Assembly (NCBI GenBank): GCA_038087875.1
Contig: JAXLNO010000272.1
Coordinates: 1 to 55,119, forward strand
Source: Malacoraja senta
Lineage: Eukaryota
DNA length: 55,119 nucleotides
Reading direction: 5' to 3'
The notes under the pieces are model-generated. The model searched no databases, was not told the DNA's origin, and was given only the letters and a program-made list of their open reading frames with translations. Position numbers and translations under genes: made by a program. Numbering within the stretch: the first letter of the stretch is position 1; each line of letters starts with the position of its first letter. This document shows positions 37,500 to 49,278 of this stretch, one piece after another.

Positions 37500-37745
37500 A
37501 TCCAAACTTCTTTGGACTCTCTACCAACAGGAACACTCCCACTATCCCTTCTGTCCTGACACATCATCTTTTGCTATTATTCTATCAAATGGGGATCATG
37601 ACAGAAGCCTCCTCGTGGCGATCCCCGTAAACGACGACACGGCGCACTCTGTGACGCGTCGGGTGACCAATTCTGTCAACATGTTGGATGACGACAGAAG
37701 CCAACAGCGAGCTATGCGTCGTCTGACACACGAGCGAACAAACGA

Positions 37746-38588
37746 TTCTATCAAATCTCCCCTCAGCCTTGTCTCTCTAAAGAAAACAGTCCCGGCCTCT
37801 CTAATCTATCCTTTTAATTGGAGTCCCTCCTCCCATGGATGATTCTTGTAAATCTCCTCTGAACCCTCTCCATTGCTTTTACATCCTGCCTGCAATGTGG
37901 CAGCCAGAATTGAACAGAAAACTCCAGACAAGGCCAGACTAATGTTTTATATTAGTACAGCATGACTTCCCTCATTATACTCTGCCTCAATTGATAAAGC
38001 CCAGAATTGTGTTTGACTTTGTAACCACTTTCTCAAGCTGCCTGCTACTTTCTATGGTTGCCGCTCCTTGTTTTTCCCAACCAAACACATCACATTTCTC
38101 TGCATCTACTTAACCTGCCACGGATCTGTCCATTTTACCAGCCTGAAGGTATTCCACCATCACGTATCGCTGTCCTCCTCACAGTTCCCAATCCTGCCAA
38201 ATCTTGGGTCATCTGCAGATTTAGAAATTCTGCTTATACCCTCGCGTCGGCCAATATTATAGATCAAGAGAGCAGCGGTCCCAACATTGATCCCAGTGGG
38301 ACGCGCTATCCACCTCCACCAAAGTTGCTAATGCTTTGAAGTGCCCCATTATAATTTTACCTGTTACAGGAAAGTGGAATTCTCTGCCACAGAAGGCAAT
38401 GGAGGCCAATTCACTGGACGTATTCAAGAGTTAGATATAGCTCTTAGGGTTAACGGAATCAAGGGATATGAAAAGAAAGCAGGAACTGGTTACTGATTTT
38501 GGATGATTAGCCATGATCATAATGAATGGCAGTGCTGGCTCGAAGGGCCGAATGGCCTACTCCTGCACCTATTTTCAATGTTTCTATT
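37746..38588. mobile_element. Old minus-strand CR1 RT remnant followed by a plus-strand CR1 3' end (38370-38588)
   Basis: Degenerate FADD and VQFW coding on minus; typical tail on plus. Confidence 0.6.
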
Positions 38589-38946
38589 TTTACTAGTCTG
38601 GGAAACAACCATGCCCTCTTGCCCTCTGTTGTCTATTACTGAGTCAACTTCATGCCCACGCTAACAATGTTCCTTTAATGTCAATTGCTTCACGTTTGGT
38701 GATAAGCATGTGGCATCCTGTCAAAAGCCTTCTGAAAATACGCATTCATCATTATAGGCTTAATATAGCAGAGGGAGTTCCAAAGGGAAGCTGAAGGGTA
38801 CGTTATTTTAGCAATGAGTGGTAGATATGTGGAATGCTCTGCCAGAGGAGGGTGTCGAATCCGACACTATTGCTATTGTTTAAGAGACATTTACACTGTC
38901 ACTTGATAGGCAAATAGGCAAGGCATAGAAGGATATGGTCCTAATG

Positions 38947-39185
38947 TGGCACGGTGGCGCAGCGGTAGAGTTGCTTCCTTACAGCGCTTGTAGCGCCGGA
39001 GACCCGGGTTGGATCCCGACTACGGGTGCTGTCTGTACAGAGTTTGAACGTTCTCCCCGTGACCTGCATGGGTTTTCTCCAAGATCTTCGGTTTCCTCCC
39101 ACACTCCAAAGACGTACAGGTTTGTAGGTTAACTGGCTTGGTGTATGTGTAAAATTGTCCCTCGTGTGTGTAGGATAGTGTTAAT
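38947..39185 (+). mobile_element. HE1-like V-SINE without tail; a separate 3' piece lies at 39617-39743
   Basis: Head and core match other copies. Confidence 0.85.
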
Positions 39186-40224
39186 CCTATGCCTGGTTCC
39201 TATTAAATCTTTCCCCTCTCACCTTAAACGTATGTCCTCTGATTCTTAATTCCCCTACTCTGGGTAAAAGACTCTGTGCATTCACTCCATAATACTCCAA
39301 ATGAAGCCTCATGAATGTCTTGCACAACTGTCACAAAGCATCCCAACTTTTATATTCAATATCCTGATTGATGAAGGCTAATGTATTGAAAGCTTTTTTT
39401 TTAACCATTCTATCTCCCTGAGACACTACTTTCAAGGAACTATTTACCTGCACTCCAAAATCACATGGAATAATAGAGAATATTATTCATCATCTGGTGG
39501 CGCCGATGATGTGTTATTTCGTCTTTTTTTGTTATTTTTAGAGTCTAAAATGTATGTTTTAATGTTTCTCGGTATATGAGTGGTAGATATGTGGAATGCT
39601 CTGCCAGAGGAGGGCATAAATGTAAAATTGCCCTGAGTGTGTACAAGATAGTGGTAATGTGCGGGGATTACAGGTCGGTGCGGACTCAGTGGGCCGAAGG
39701 GCCTGTTTCCGCGCTGTATCTCTAAAACTAAACTAAAACTAAATTCCAAAATATGTTTGATAGCTCTTTGTGCCAATGTCCCAGCTGTACTCTAGCACTG
39801 AACTGCTCATAGTGGTGGAATGGAAACTGATTGCTGTTGTCCAACACCTTCGCCACAGGATATTCCTCCTGAACTTGTACCGGGTTAAATCTGAAAAAGC
39901 CACAGGAATTCTATTCATTTTGATGGAGAGGAATAGCCGTGGAGGAACAAGGCAGGTCTCAGATAATTTTACATTTCTTGGATGAAATAATTTTGTTAAA
40001 TATTTTTAATTGTTAATTAGTGCCCTAATATGATTTAAGTGTTCCAGTTTTTTTAAGTTAAAATATGTTAATAGCTTATTGATTTCAATATCTTTTTAAT
40101 ATCTCTGCCATGGTTTAGTTAAAAGCAACTTTTTTGGGGCTGTAACATTGGTAAGGCTAGTTCTTGTCCTCTTGTGTGATGGCATTTATCTGTAGAAGGT
40201 CATTCCACCACCAGGGTGAACATG

Positions 40225-40994
40225 TGTGTCCTGTAGGGGCTCCTTCTCCACACCCTGCACTTCCTCGCCCTGGTCCACCGTCCGGACACCAAGTGGCGGT
40301 CGGTGTTGCCTTCCGGTCGCGAGGGGGCCCCCCGGTAGGGCAGGGATTCTCCCCCTCTACTCAGGGATTCTCCCCCTCCACATCGGGGACCTGGGATGGA
40401 GAGTATTGCACAGTGGAGTCCCCTGCAACCTGTTTCTCTCACGGTTCACAGACTCGCCAGCCGCCCGCCACTTTTGTGGACTGGAAGAGTCTGTGTACCA
40501 CGTGTATATGGAGTGTGTGAGGCTGCAGCCACTGTTCCAATCCCTAAAGGGGTTGCTCCTTGCCTTCTGGCTGCATTTTTCACCCACCATCCTTATCTTT
40601 GGATACCCTGTGCGTAGTGGAGAGGATAGGGCTGAAGATGTCCTGGTAGGGTTGCTCCTGGGCTTGGCCAAGTTGGCCATCCTGGAGTCACGGCGCCAGG
40701 CGGAAGAGGGCTCTGCCCGAGCCAGCTGCCTGCCCCTTTTCTGGGGTTATGTCTGCGGCCAAGTGGTACTGGAGAGGGACTAGGCGCTGTCCACGGGCAC
40801 CCTGGGGGATTTCAGGGACCGTTGGGCACAGAGGGGGGGTTGAATGTATCCTGGACAAGGATGGTAATATAGTTGTTTAGTAGTTGACTTGGTATATTTG
40901 TTTGTCTTGTACTATGGTGGTGGGTTCTGTTTTCTTTTATTGTATTGTAAATACTATTTTAATGTTTGAATAAATATTTTTGATTTAAAAAAAA
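40225..40994 (+). mobile_element. Tx1-like LINE 3' fragment with poly(A)
   Basis: DLGWRVLH..FCGLEESVYHVYMEC zinc-knuckle region, LLGLAKLAI, T-rich UTR, AATAAA and A tail. Confidence 0.8.
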
Positions 40995-42924
40995 GGATGA
41001 ACGTGAGAACAGGGTGGCTTCAGGTGACGTTATGTATATTAGACTTGTAGGGAGTGGGTTTGTATCTATTACCTAGGCTGGGGTTGAGACTGTGCAACTT
41101 GCCATTGACAAGAAGCTCTGTCCTATCAAGGAGAACGCAAAGGGTGGAAGGGAGAAACTCAGTTGAACTCCCAGGCGATGTAAAGAAACTCATGGGCCTA
41201 TTTTGAGTCGGGAATAGAGACATGTTCCGAAATGTGAGTTATATTGATCAGTAAATGGTCTCATACCACAGGTGAGGTGTCCATTGTCACATTGCTAGTC
41301 GTGACTTTGCTGCGTCGCCACTTTCAAACATTATAATTGTCACAAAGCACAGGAAGGAAGGTGATTGTCAAATGAAAAACACGCTGCTTAAAAAACTGGG
41401 AGACACTGATGAGCTGGATAAAGTCCTCACAAGTGCCAGGATTTTCTTGGTCCTCGGCGACACTTTACCTAGGTTGTGTCTCTTTAACAAGTGATTCTGA
41501 AACGGACACCGGCAGTAAGCTACAATTCTGTTTCTGGATCCAGAGAGAAAAAAAACAAATCTTCATTTGTCAAGTCAGCTAATTATTCTCGTTCGTTACT
41601 GCCTTCTCAACTTACATTGCCACCTTCTCACTGTATCTGGATATACACCTGATACCAGGTTCAGAGAAATTCAAGGGGTTGGTTCATGGACTCTGCTAAT
41701 AAAAGCAAGAAGACTATTTCTAATCGATCGTTCCAGATAATATGAGACACAAAGAAAGTCTGCTGAGTTCCTATAGATATTACATTAGGTTTAATATACA
41801 GCTTGAAGCAGGTCTTTCAGCCCATGAAATCTGCACTGATGATCATGCCTATGCCCGCTAATACCACGCTGCTCCCACTTTGTTCCCCCTTATATTCTCA
41901 TCAACTCCCCCAGATTCACCCATTCACCCTCACACACTGGGGACAATTTAATGCAGCCAATTAACTCACCCATCTTTGTGATGTGGAAGGAAATCCGAGC
42001 ACCTGGAGGAAACCCAGCTGAGAGGCAGAGATGGACAAATTCTTGATTAGAACGGGTGCCAAGGGTCATGGGGAGAAGGCAGGAAAATGGGATTAGGAGG
42101 CAGAGATCAGCCGTGATTGAATGGCAAAGCAGACTCGATGGGCAGAAGGGCCTAATTCTCCTCCTAGAACTTGTGAACCTATGTGGTCATAGGGAGAAGG
42201 TGCAAGCATCCAAGGTCGGGAATGAACGAGGGTCTCTAGAGTATGGGACAACTAGCTGCAGAACTATGGTCTACTTACCTCTGGCTTATGTCTTCATTTT
42301 GCCGTTCAGTCAAAACTCCAAGGTTAAACCTTGCATCTGGTGTCTCCATCCTTGGAGTTGTTCCCAAGTTGCCCTCCAGTCTACTATTTCAAGAAAGAAT
42401 AGAATCTTTATCTGAGAGCAAATGACCATTCAATCCTTCCTTTGAAAACTCGAGTTACACCAGCAGGACATTTTAGACATGGGAGATTTAGGAATATATT
42501 CCCCATTGATTTTTGCCACTTAATGGGCCAGAAATTTGATCACAAAGGACATGTTTCTTAATGTACTATCGATCCTCATTTATGCAAAATGTAATTTGTA
42601 ATTGCAACACTATGGCAAGACTCTGACTACCTTAACATTTAGTTGCAGTGCTCGTTTCAATTGCAATTGCTTGTCCTAACAAATGGACAACAACATACGA
42701 GCATAAGATTTAGGAGTAGGAGTGGGCAACCAGGCCCTTAAATCTTCTCTGTCCTTTAATGAATTCATGGTTTAGTTTAGTTTAGAGATACAGCATGGAA
42801 ACAGGACAGTCCAATGTGTTTCTACTGTAAGGAGAGAGGGCACATTTGTAAAACGTGTCCCATTCTTAAAAAGAAAAAATAAAGACCACCACCAAATTTC
42901 AGAAACTATTTAGTAGCTCAGACA

Positions 42925-44658
42925 TCACTGGTGCGACAATGCGTCAGCCAAGACATTATCCCTGCCACGGATATGCCTGACTTCCAGATTGTAGCCCTGC
43001 AACTGTAAACTCCAGCTCATTAACCGTCGGTTTTTATTTCTCATCCTATTTAAGAACACCAGCGGATTGTGATCTGTGTATACGACGACGGGAACATTCG
43101 AGGAACCAACATAAACCTCAAAATGATCTAGAGCCATTAACATTGCAAGAGTTTCTTTTTCGATGGTAGTACCATTTCTGATGGCGATTAAACTTTTTAG
43201 AAAAGTATGAAACTGGATGTTCCACCCCATCAGAACCATCTTGGAGAAGAACTCCACCAACTCCACTGTCACTAGCATCAACTGCCAACTTAAACGGCCG
43301 TTCAAAATCGGGTGCTGCAGGCACGGGTGCGCACACAAGAAGGCTCTTTGTTTGTTCAAAACCAGTTTGACACACATCGGACCACTCAAAAACGACTTTC
43401 GGACTTAACAGATCCGTTAAAGGAGCAGCCACCACAGAGAAATTTGGACAGAACCCTCTATAGTACCCCACCATTGCCAGATAACGACGGATCTCAGTCC
43501 TAGAGGTAGGAGCTGGAAACGCGACAATATGCTCTATCTTTGCATGGAGAGTGCGAACCTGACACCGGCCCACCACTTTACCAAGATACGTTACCGTGGC
43601 CTGGCCAAATTCACACTTTCCAAGATTGATGGTCAAGTTTGCATGAGCGAGTCGTTTGAATACCTCTGTCAAGTGGTCGATGTGGTCGATCCATGACCTG
43701 GAGCACACAACCAAATCACAATAAGACAGACCAGACAACACTACGTTTACCAACCGTTGAAATGTTGCCGGCGCGTTACGCATACCAAAAGCCATGACAG
43801 TATATTGAAGGAAATCATCAGATGTAACAAATGCAGAGATTTCTTTCACACGCTCAGTTAGAGGGACTTGCCAATATCCCTTCAATAAGTCCAATTTTGT
43901 GACAAAAGAGGCACTACCGACACGATCCACGCAATCGTCCATACGTGGGAGAGGAAAACAATCGGTTTTGGTTACGCTATTAACCTTACGAAAGTCAGTA
44001 CAGAACCGGTCGTCACCATTAGCCTTAGCAGCCAACAGACAAGGAGAGCTCCATGAACTACAGCCATGCTGCAGCATATAGTCAACCTGACTCTTTATAC
44101 GGCGGCGCTTGTCTGGATTGACACGATATGGGTGTTGCTGAATTGGCTTAGTATCAGCCACGTCAACGTCATGTTTTAGAATGGAAGGTTTAGATGGCAC
44201 ATCAGAAAACAGCGACTTATTTGACTCAACCAAAGTAATCAGATCTCTCCAATGACTCTCAGTCAAGTGAGACAAACGCAATGGAAGTTTTTTCAACGCC
44301 TGAGAATTGGACAGCTTACCATGCGTCACAGCCACAGACAAACGTGCCTCACCCACTTCAGCACCAGTGTCAGGGGGCAGCACCATCGCAGTCAAAACAG
44401 GCTTGGACGATAGTGTGGGACACAGCGTCTCCGATTCAAAACCCACAGCCTTTTTCTCGTGATATCGTTTGAGCATGTTTACATGGCAAAGCTGATTTTT
44501 ACGCCTCCGATCAGGAGTGTCAATTAGGTAATCTCTCTCACCCATTTTCTTTTCTACCAGATAAGGGCCGCTATAACGAGCCTGCAGACTAGACCCAGGA
44601 ATTGGCAACAATACCAAAACTTTGTCACCTGGTAAAAAGTCTCTGCTCTTAGCGTTCT
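42925..44658 (-). mobile_element. Gmr1-type Gypsy pol fragment: integrase C-terminus, RT, RNase H
   Basis: FLPGDKVLV..YSGPY..HVNMLKRY precedes PIQQHPYR, RFCTDFRKVN, LDLLKGYWQ, AVDASDSGVG, TDHNPL, NVLADALS; YxDD lost by a small deletion. Confidence 0.88.
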
Positions 44659-44916
44659 GAGTCCCCACTGACCAGAGATCTCCGCACACTAACACAATCC
44701 TACACACACTAGGGATAATTTACAATTTTTACCAGTCAATTAATCTGCAAACCTGTTTGTCTTTGGAGTGTGGGAGGAAACGGGAGCACCCAGAGAAAAC
44801 CCATGCACTTCACGGGGGAACGTACAAACTCCGTTCAGACAGCACCTCTGGTCAGGATCGATCCCGGGTTTCTGGCGCTGTAAGGCAGCAACTCTACCAC
44901 TGTGCCACCGTGCCGC
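44659..44916 (-). mobile_element. HE1-like V-SINE body whose tail lies at 42770-42805
   Basis: The two pieces join into a complete SINE lacking ~13 bp. Confidence 0.85.
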
Positions 44917-45684
44917 CCTGTGCACCTATCACGTGGTGTGGACAATACAGAAGGAATCCAGTCCAAACAGCTGGATTGAAAGATATCGACCCAAAACATC
45001 ACCTATCCATGTTCTCCGGAGATGCTGTCTGACCTGTGAGTTACTCCAGCACTTTGTGTTCTTTGGTGTATTAAGCAGCATCTGCAGTTCATTATTTCTA
45101 CTAGGAGTGTAAATCTTTGTGGGGTCAACTTAACTTCCTTACGGAGTTCGACATGAAGTCTCGTTCAAGACAATTTCAAATATCATTAGGATAAATTATG
45201 TTTAACAAACACAAATTCTTTTCCCTGAATATTTCATTAAATTTTTGGGAGGTATATCGATTGTGAAATTAACTGTTTCAGAAACATTTCCCACCACTTA
45301 ATTCACATCAGATTCTATTTTATTTGTCTCTTCATTCTCTCGTTTCAAACCCGTTCAACTGGATTAGAATAATTTGAATGGAAAATTACCATAATTGAAG
45401 CAATAAGTTGCTACTTCACAAGATTTCTAATAATCCTTTTATTCAAATGCGCAGTGTAAAAAGCACATCGTTCATGTCCTTGAGGTAACTGTCATCCTTG
45501 GTCAATATCATTGATTACATTTTGCGTTCTCCTCTAACTCAGTTTTTTTTCTTATTCCCCCCGTATAACAGCCCCTGAAGGAGGTATGGTCTGCATCATT
45601 CATCACGGGCTGTCTCACTGGTTGTAATGAAAGTGCCTGAGACTGGGACCACCTCCACGTCAAATAAGGTCCAATGGATGGAGT

Positions 45685-46305
45685 TTAGTGTAGCTTAATG
45701 TCACGTGTACCGAGGTACAGTGAAAAACTTTTGTGGAGGAAGTAATTGCAGATGCTAGTTTAAACCGAAGATGGACACGAAAAGCTGGAGTAAGCTTTTG
45801 TTGCGTGCTAATCAGGCAGTGGAAAGACAATGCATGATTACAATCGAGCCATCCACAGTGTACAGATACATGATAAAGGGAATAATGTGAATAATGTTTA
45901 GTGTAAGGTAAAGTCCAGTAAAGTCTGATCAAAGATAGTCCGAAGGCCTCCAATGAGGTAGAAAGTAGCTCAGGACTGCTCTCTAGTTGTTGGTAGTCTG
46001 CTCTAGTCTGCCTTGAATTTGGAGGTGTGCATGTTCACACTTCTATACCTTTTGCCTGATAGGAGAGGGGAGAAGAGGGAATGGCCAGGGTACGACTCGT
46101 CCTGATTATGCTGGTGGCCTTGCCGAGGCAGCGTGAGGTGTAAATGGCATCAATGGAAGGATGTTTGGTTTATGTGATGGTCTGGGCTGCTGTCCACAAG
46201 TCTCTACAATCTCTCGCGGTCTTGGACGGAGCTGTTCCCAAACTATGTCTGTGATGCATCGCGATAAAATGCTTACTACGGCGCATCGGTAGAAGGTCCA
46301 CCAAG
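45685..46305 (-). mobile_element. Rex1/Babar 3' fragment with a short Penelope-like insert (~45740-45792)
   Basis: FYRCAVVSILSRCIT..W; 3' UTR homologous to 10870-11075. Confidence 0.75.
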
Positions 46306-46619
46306 AAGAGCACAATCTTTTGCATTAATATTGAATGGAATGGCTTGAGTTGGTGTCAGTGCCTCATAACTTTGATCTTCTCCTCCTAGCCAGAGAGACT
46401 GTGTGGAGAAAGTACACATCAGTTGTAGCTGCTTTGACTGCTCTGTAACCAAACTGACATCTTCTGATACCTTAAGAGGCAGTGTTTAAATGACAAGCCT
46501 GTCTGTGAAGTCCTGTCCTCAACTTGCGAAAAGTCACTCTCAATTTGTACATAAGGCAGATACATTTGGTTCAATGGTTGCACTCGTGCCTTTGCCAGCT
46601 GTCGCATTGTTGTTGCAGT

Positions 46620-46775
46620 CTGGCTGAGTCAGAAGATTCTGGATTCATATCCCACTCCAGGTTCTTTGGCACCACAATCTCTCACTCCAATCCATTATAG
46701 AACGGGTCCAATGTTATCAGAGATTGTGTCTTTCAGGTGAGATGTTAAACTGAGGCCTTGCCTGATCTTTCAGTT
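46620..46775 (+). mobile_element. Old Deu-domain SINE remnant (SacSINE1/AmnSINE-related)
   Basis: CTGAGTCAGAAG..GGATTCATATCCCACTCCAG head and GTCTTTCAGGTGAGATGTTAAACTGAGGCC core-like motif. Confidence 0.6.
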
Positions 46776-46828
46776 TTCCCTTGTGTTTGGAGAATCGGTT
46801 ATTTTTTCTGTATCTTGTTACACTCTAA

Positions 46829-47147
46829 TAGCCCTGTCCCACTGTACGAGTTCATTCCAAGAGCTCTCCCGAGTTAAAAAAAAATCGAACTTGTGGTAAG
46901 CACGGAGAATGAACATAGCGGGTACGTCGGAGCTCGGGGACGTCTCAGCGCTAACGGCAGGTACTCGGGAAGACGCGCTAATGGCAGGTAAGCTCCGGAA
47001 GACTCGTGAAGATTTTTTCAACATGTTGAAAAATGTCCACGAGAGCCCCGAGTACCGACGAGCGGCCATTACCGTAAATCTCCAAGTTCGAATCAGGGCA
47101 AACTCGGGAGAGCTCTTCGAATGAACTCGTACCGTGGGACAGGGCTT
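46829..47147. mobile_element. 319-bp PIF/Harbinger MITE
   Basis: 47-bp TIRs with 3 mismatches (TAGCCCTGTCCCACTGTACGAGTTCATTC..); TAA TSD at 46826-46828 and 47148-47150. Confidence 0.92.
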
Positions 47148-47152
47148 TAACT

Positions 47153-47205
47153 TGAATGAATGAATGAATGAATGAATGAATGATACTTTATAGAATGAAT
47201 GATAC
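47153..47205. repeat. (TGAA)n microsatellite, probably the tail of a minus-strand retroposon
   Basis: Direct reading; followed by TTTATTGTCACATGT as in other 3' ends. Confidence 0.8.
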
Positions 47206-48884
47206 TTTATTGTCACATGTGACAAGTCACCATGATATTCCTTGTTTTGCAAAGAGTCACCACTTAAAGGTCGTCAACAAAGTTACAAAGTCTTCCATTT
47301 CACCCAAACCATTTTAACACATTCCATTTGTGGTCCCTCCTTTGTTCTGCCCGGTTTCCCCACACTGGGTCCTCCTTTGCTCTCACCCCCCCTCACGGCG
47401 GTTCCCCCACTTTGTTCCCGGTGGCGTGTCCATCCTCCGGCACCCATGTGGCCCACCCTCGATCGCCGGTGCCATCATCGACCGCCAGCCCGACCTCCAC
47501 ACCGGCTCCACTTTTTTGAGTTCGAATGAGAAATTGTTGACTTGATGTCACCTGTCCTCTGAATATGTCCAGCATTTTCTAATTTTCGTTCTGATTTCCT
47601 TTGTCAGCGATATTTTACTTTTGAACCCGCACTGATATTGCATGCAAGTGCAAATAACCAAACGGCCCTGTCGGAGTTATTCCACTTTACTGGCAGCTTT
47701 GTAAAATGGCATCTATTTTAATTATCTAATGACCAGTCACTTTTATTTAGAAAACTGGAGCATTACAAAAATGTTTGCTTCCCCCAGATGATCATAGCTG
47801 AATGTTGTTCTATCAGGCCACGGAGTTACTTATCACTTTGCATTAATTTGCAGCCCTGCTTCCTTCATGTTTCAGTCAACCTGACTTATGGACAGGCTGT
47901 AGGTAGCAATCAGTGTTTGGGAGACCAGTGGGTTGGAATTGCTGGATGCTGCGGGACTGTAGGCATCTTCTGCTGTGTGGGAACTTGGCAATGCCATTGC
48001 ATCTTGGAGGGAAATCTTAATGGTGGGTGAAACTCCCTTGTTTAACTACAGTCTTTATTTAAAAGTATCGCCGGGCAGTCCCATTTCTGACTTACAAACT
48101 GTTCCGGTTTTGAACAGTTCTCAAGAGGGGATCCTGCCGAACCCCTGGGAAGGACGTGGTCCATATGAAGTGGTGGGATGTGTGGTCCATCTGTAGTGGG
48201 GAGAACCCTGACTTACCCTGGGATGGACCTGCAGTACCAGTTCAAGACAGATTTCCAGATGAACCAAAAGAAACAGAAGCGCAGGTGGCCATCCATCCAG
48301 CCCTTTAAGTCTATCTCACTATTCATCATAAATGAGGATGATATTCAACCTCAGTGTCATTTTCCTACACTATTGGCATTTTCCTTGATTTTACTTCGGA
48401 GTCACATGAGTGACTACGTGAAGAACCCCGCCAGTGCGCCTGCGCGTCATTACGTCAGACGCCTTGACGCAAACGTACGTGAGGAGCAGAGCTCCTCCAG
48501 TGGTTTGTAGTTTTTCAACTACAAGGTAAGTAAAAACGTTTTTCATGTTTTCCAGGTCCGTTTACTGTGGGTCTATGGGGATTTTTTCCACAGACGCCAT
48601 GGGAAAAAAACGGACAGGGGGAAGAGGCGAGCGACACAGCCGACAGAAAGTCGAGAAAGTCGGGAGTCCGCGGTTAGAGACCAACCGCCTCTAAACCCTG
48701 GTACAGTCGCCAGCGGTGAGCATAGCGACTGTGGACCTGGGGCTGGTGAAAACACAGTCAGCGCCTGTCGGGCAAAAGACAAAGTTTAAATCCCAACGGC
48801 CCACGGAGGGAGTCCCAGGCAATGAAGAAGCTCCAGGGCTAGATACTGCTTTCGAGCGTATTGCCCAAATAGAAAGCCTTTTTT

Positions 48885-49278
48885 AAAAAAAAACATTTTT
48901 ATTTATTAGAAGTACATTACATTACAACCGCATAGTACTCGTCATTTATATCTTCTTACAATTAATGTACTCCATTTATTTTTTACACTAGAAAAGGAAA
49001 AGATTGAAAGAAAGAAGAAAGTGAAGGAAAAAGTGAAAGTGTCGAAAATGTGACAACAAAAAAGGACGAAGACCCTATAAGAGCAAAATTAAAAACTCAA
49101 GAAAAAGTTAAGAAATAGGCCCTAGAAAAGAAAGAGAAAGAGAAAGAGGAAAAAGAGAGAAACAAATATTTTTATGAGCATTACGTAAATGGGACATACC
49201 AACTCTTCAACTATCATCCCCCCTTACCTGACCTCAATTTTTTTTAATTTTTTTTTTTAAAGTACTTTTGCACCCTAT
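48885..49278 (-). mobile_element. L1 3' UTR fragment inserted in the DIRS gag region
   Basis: Highly similar to 32853-33244; 14-bp TSD ATAGAAAGCCTTTT. Confidence 0.88.
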
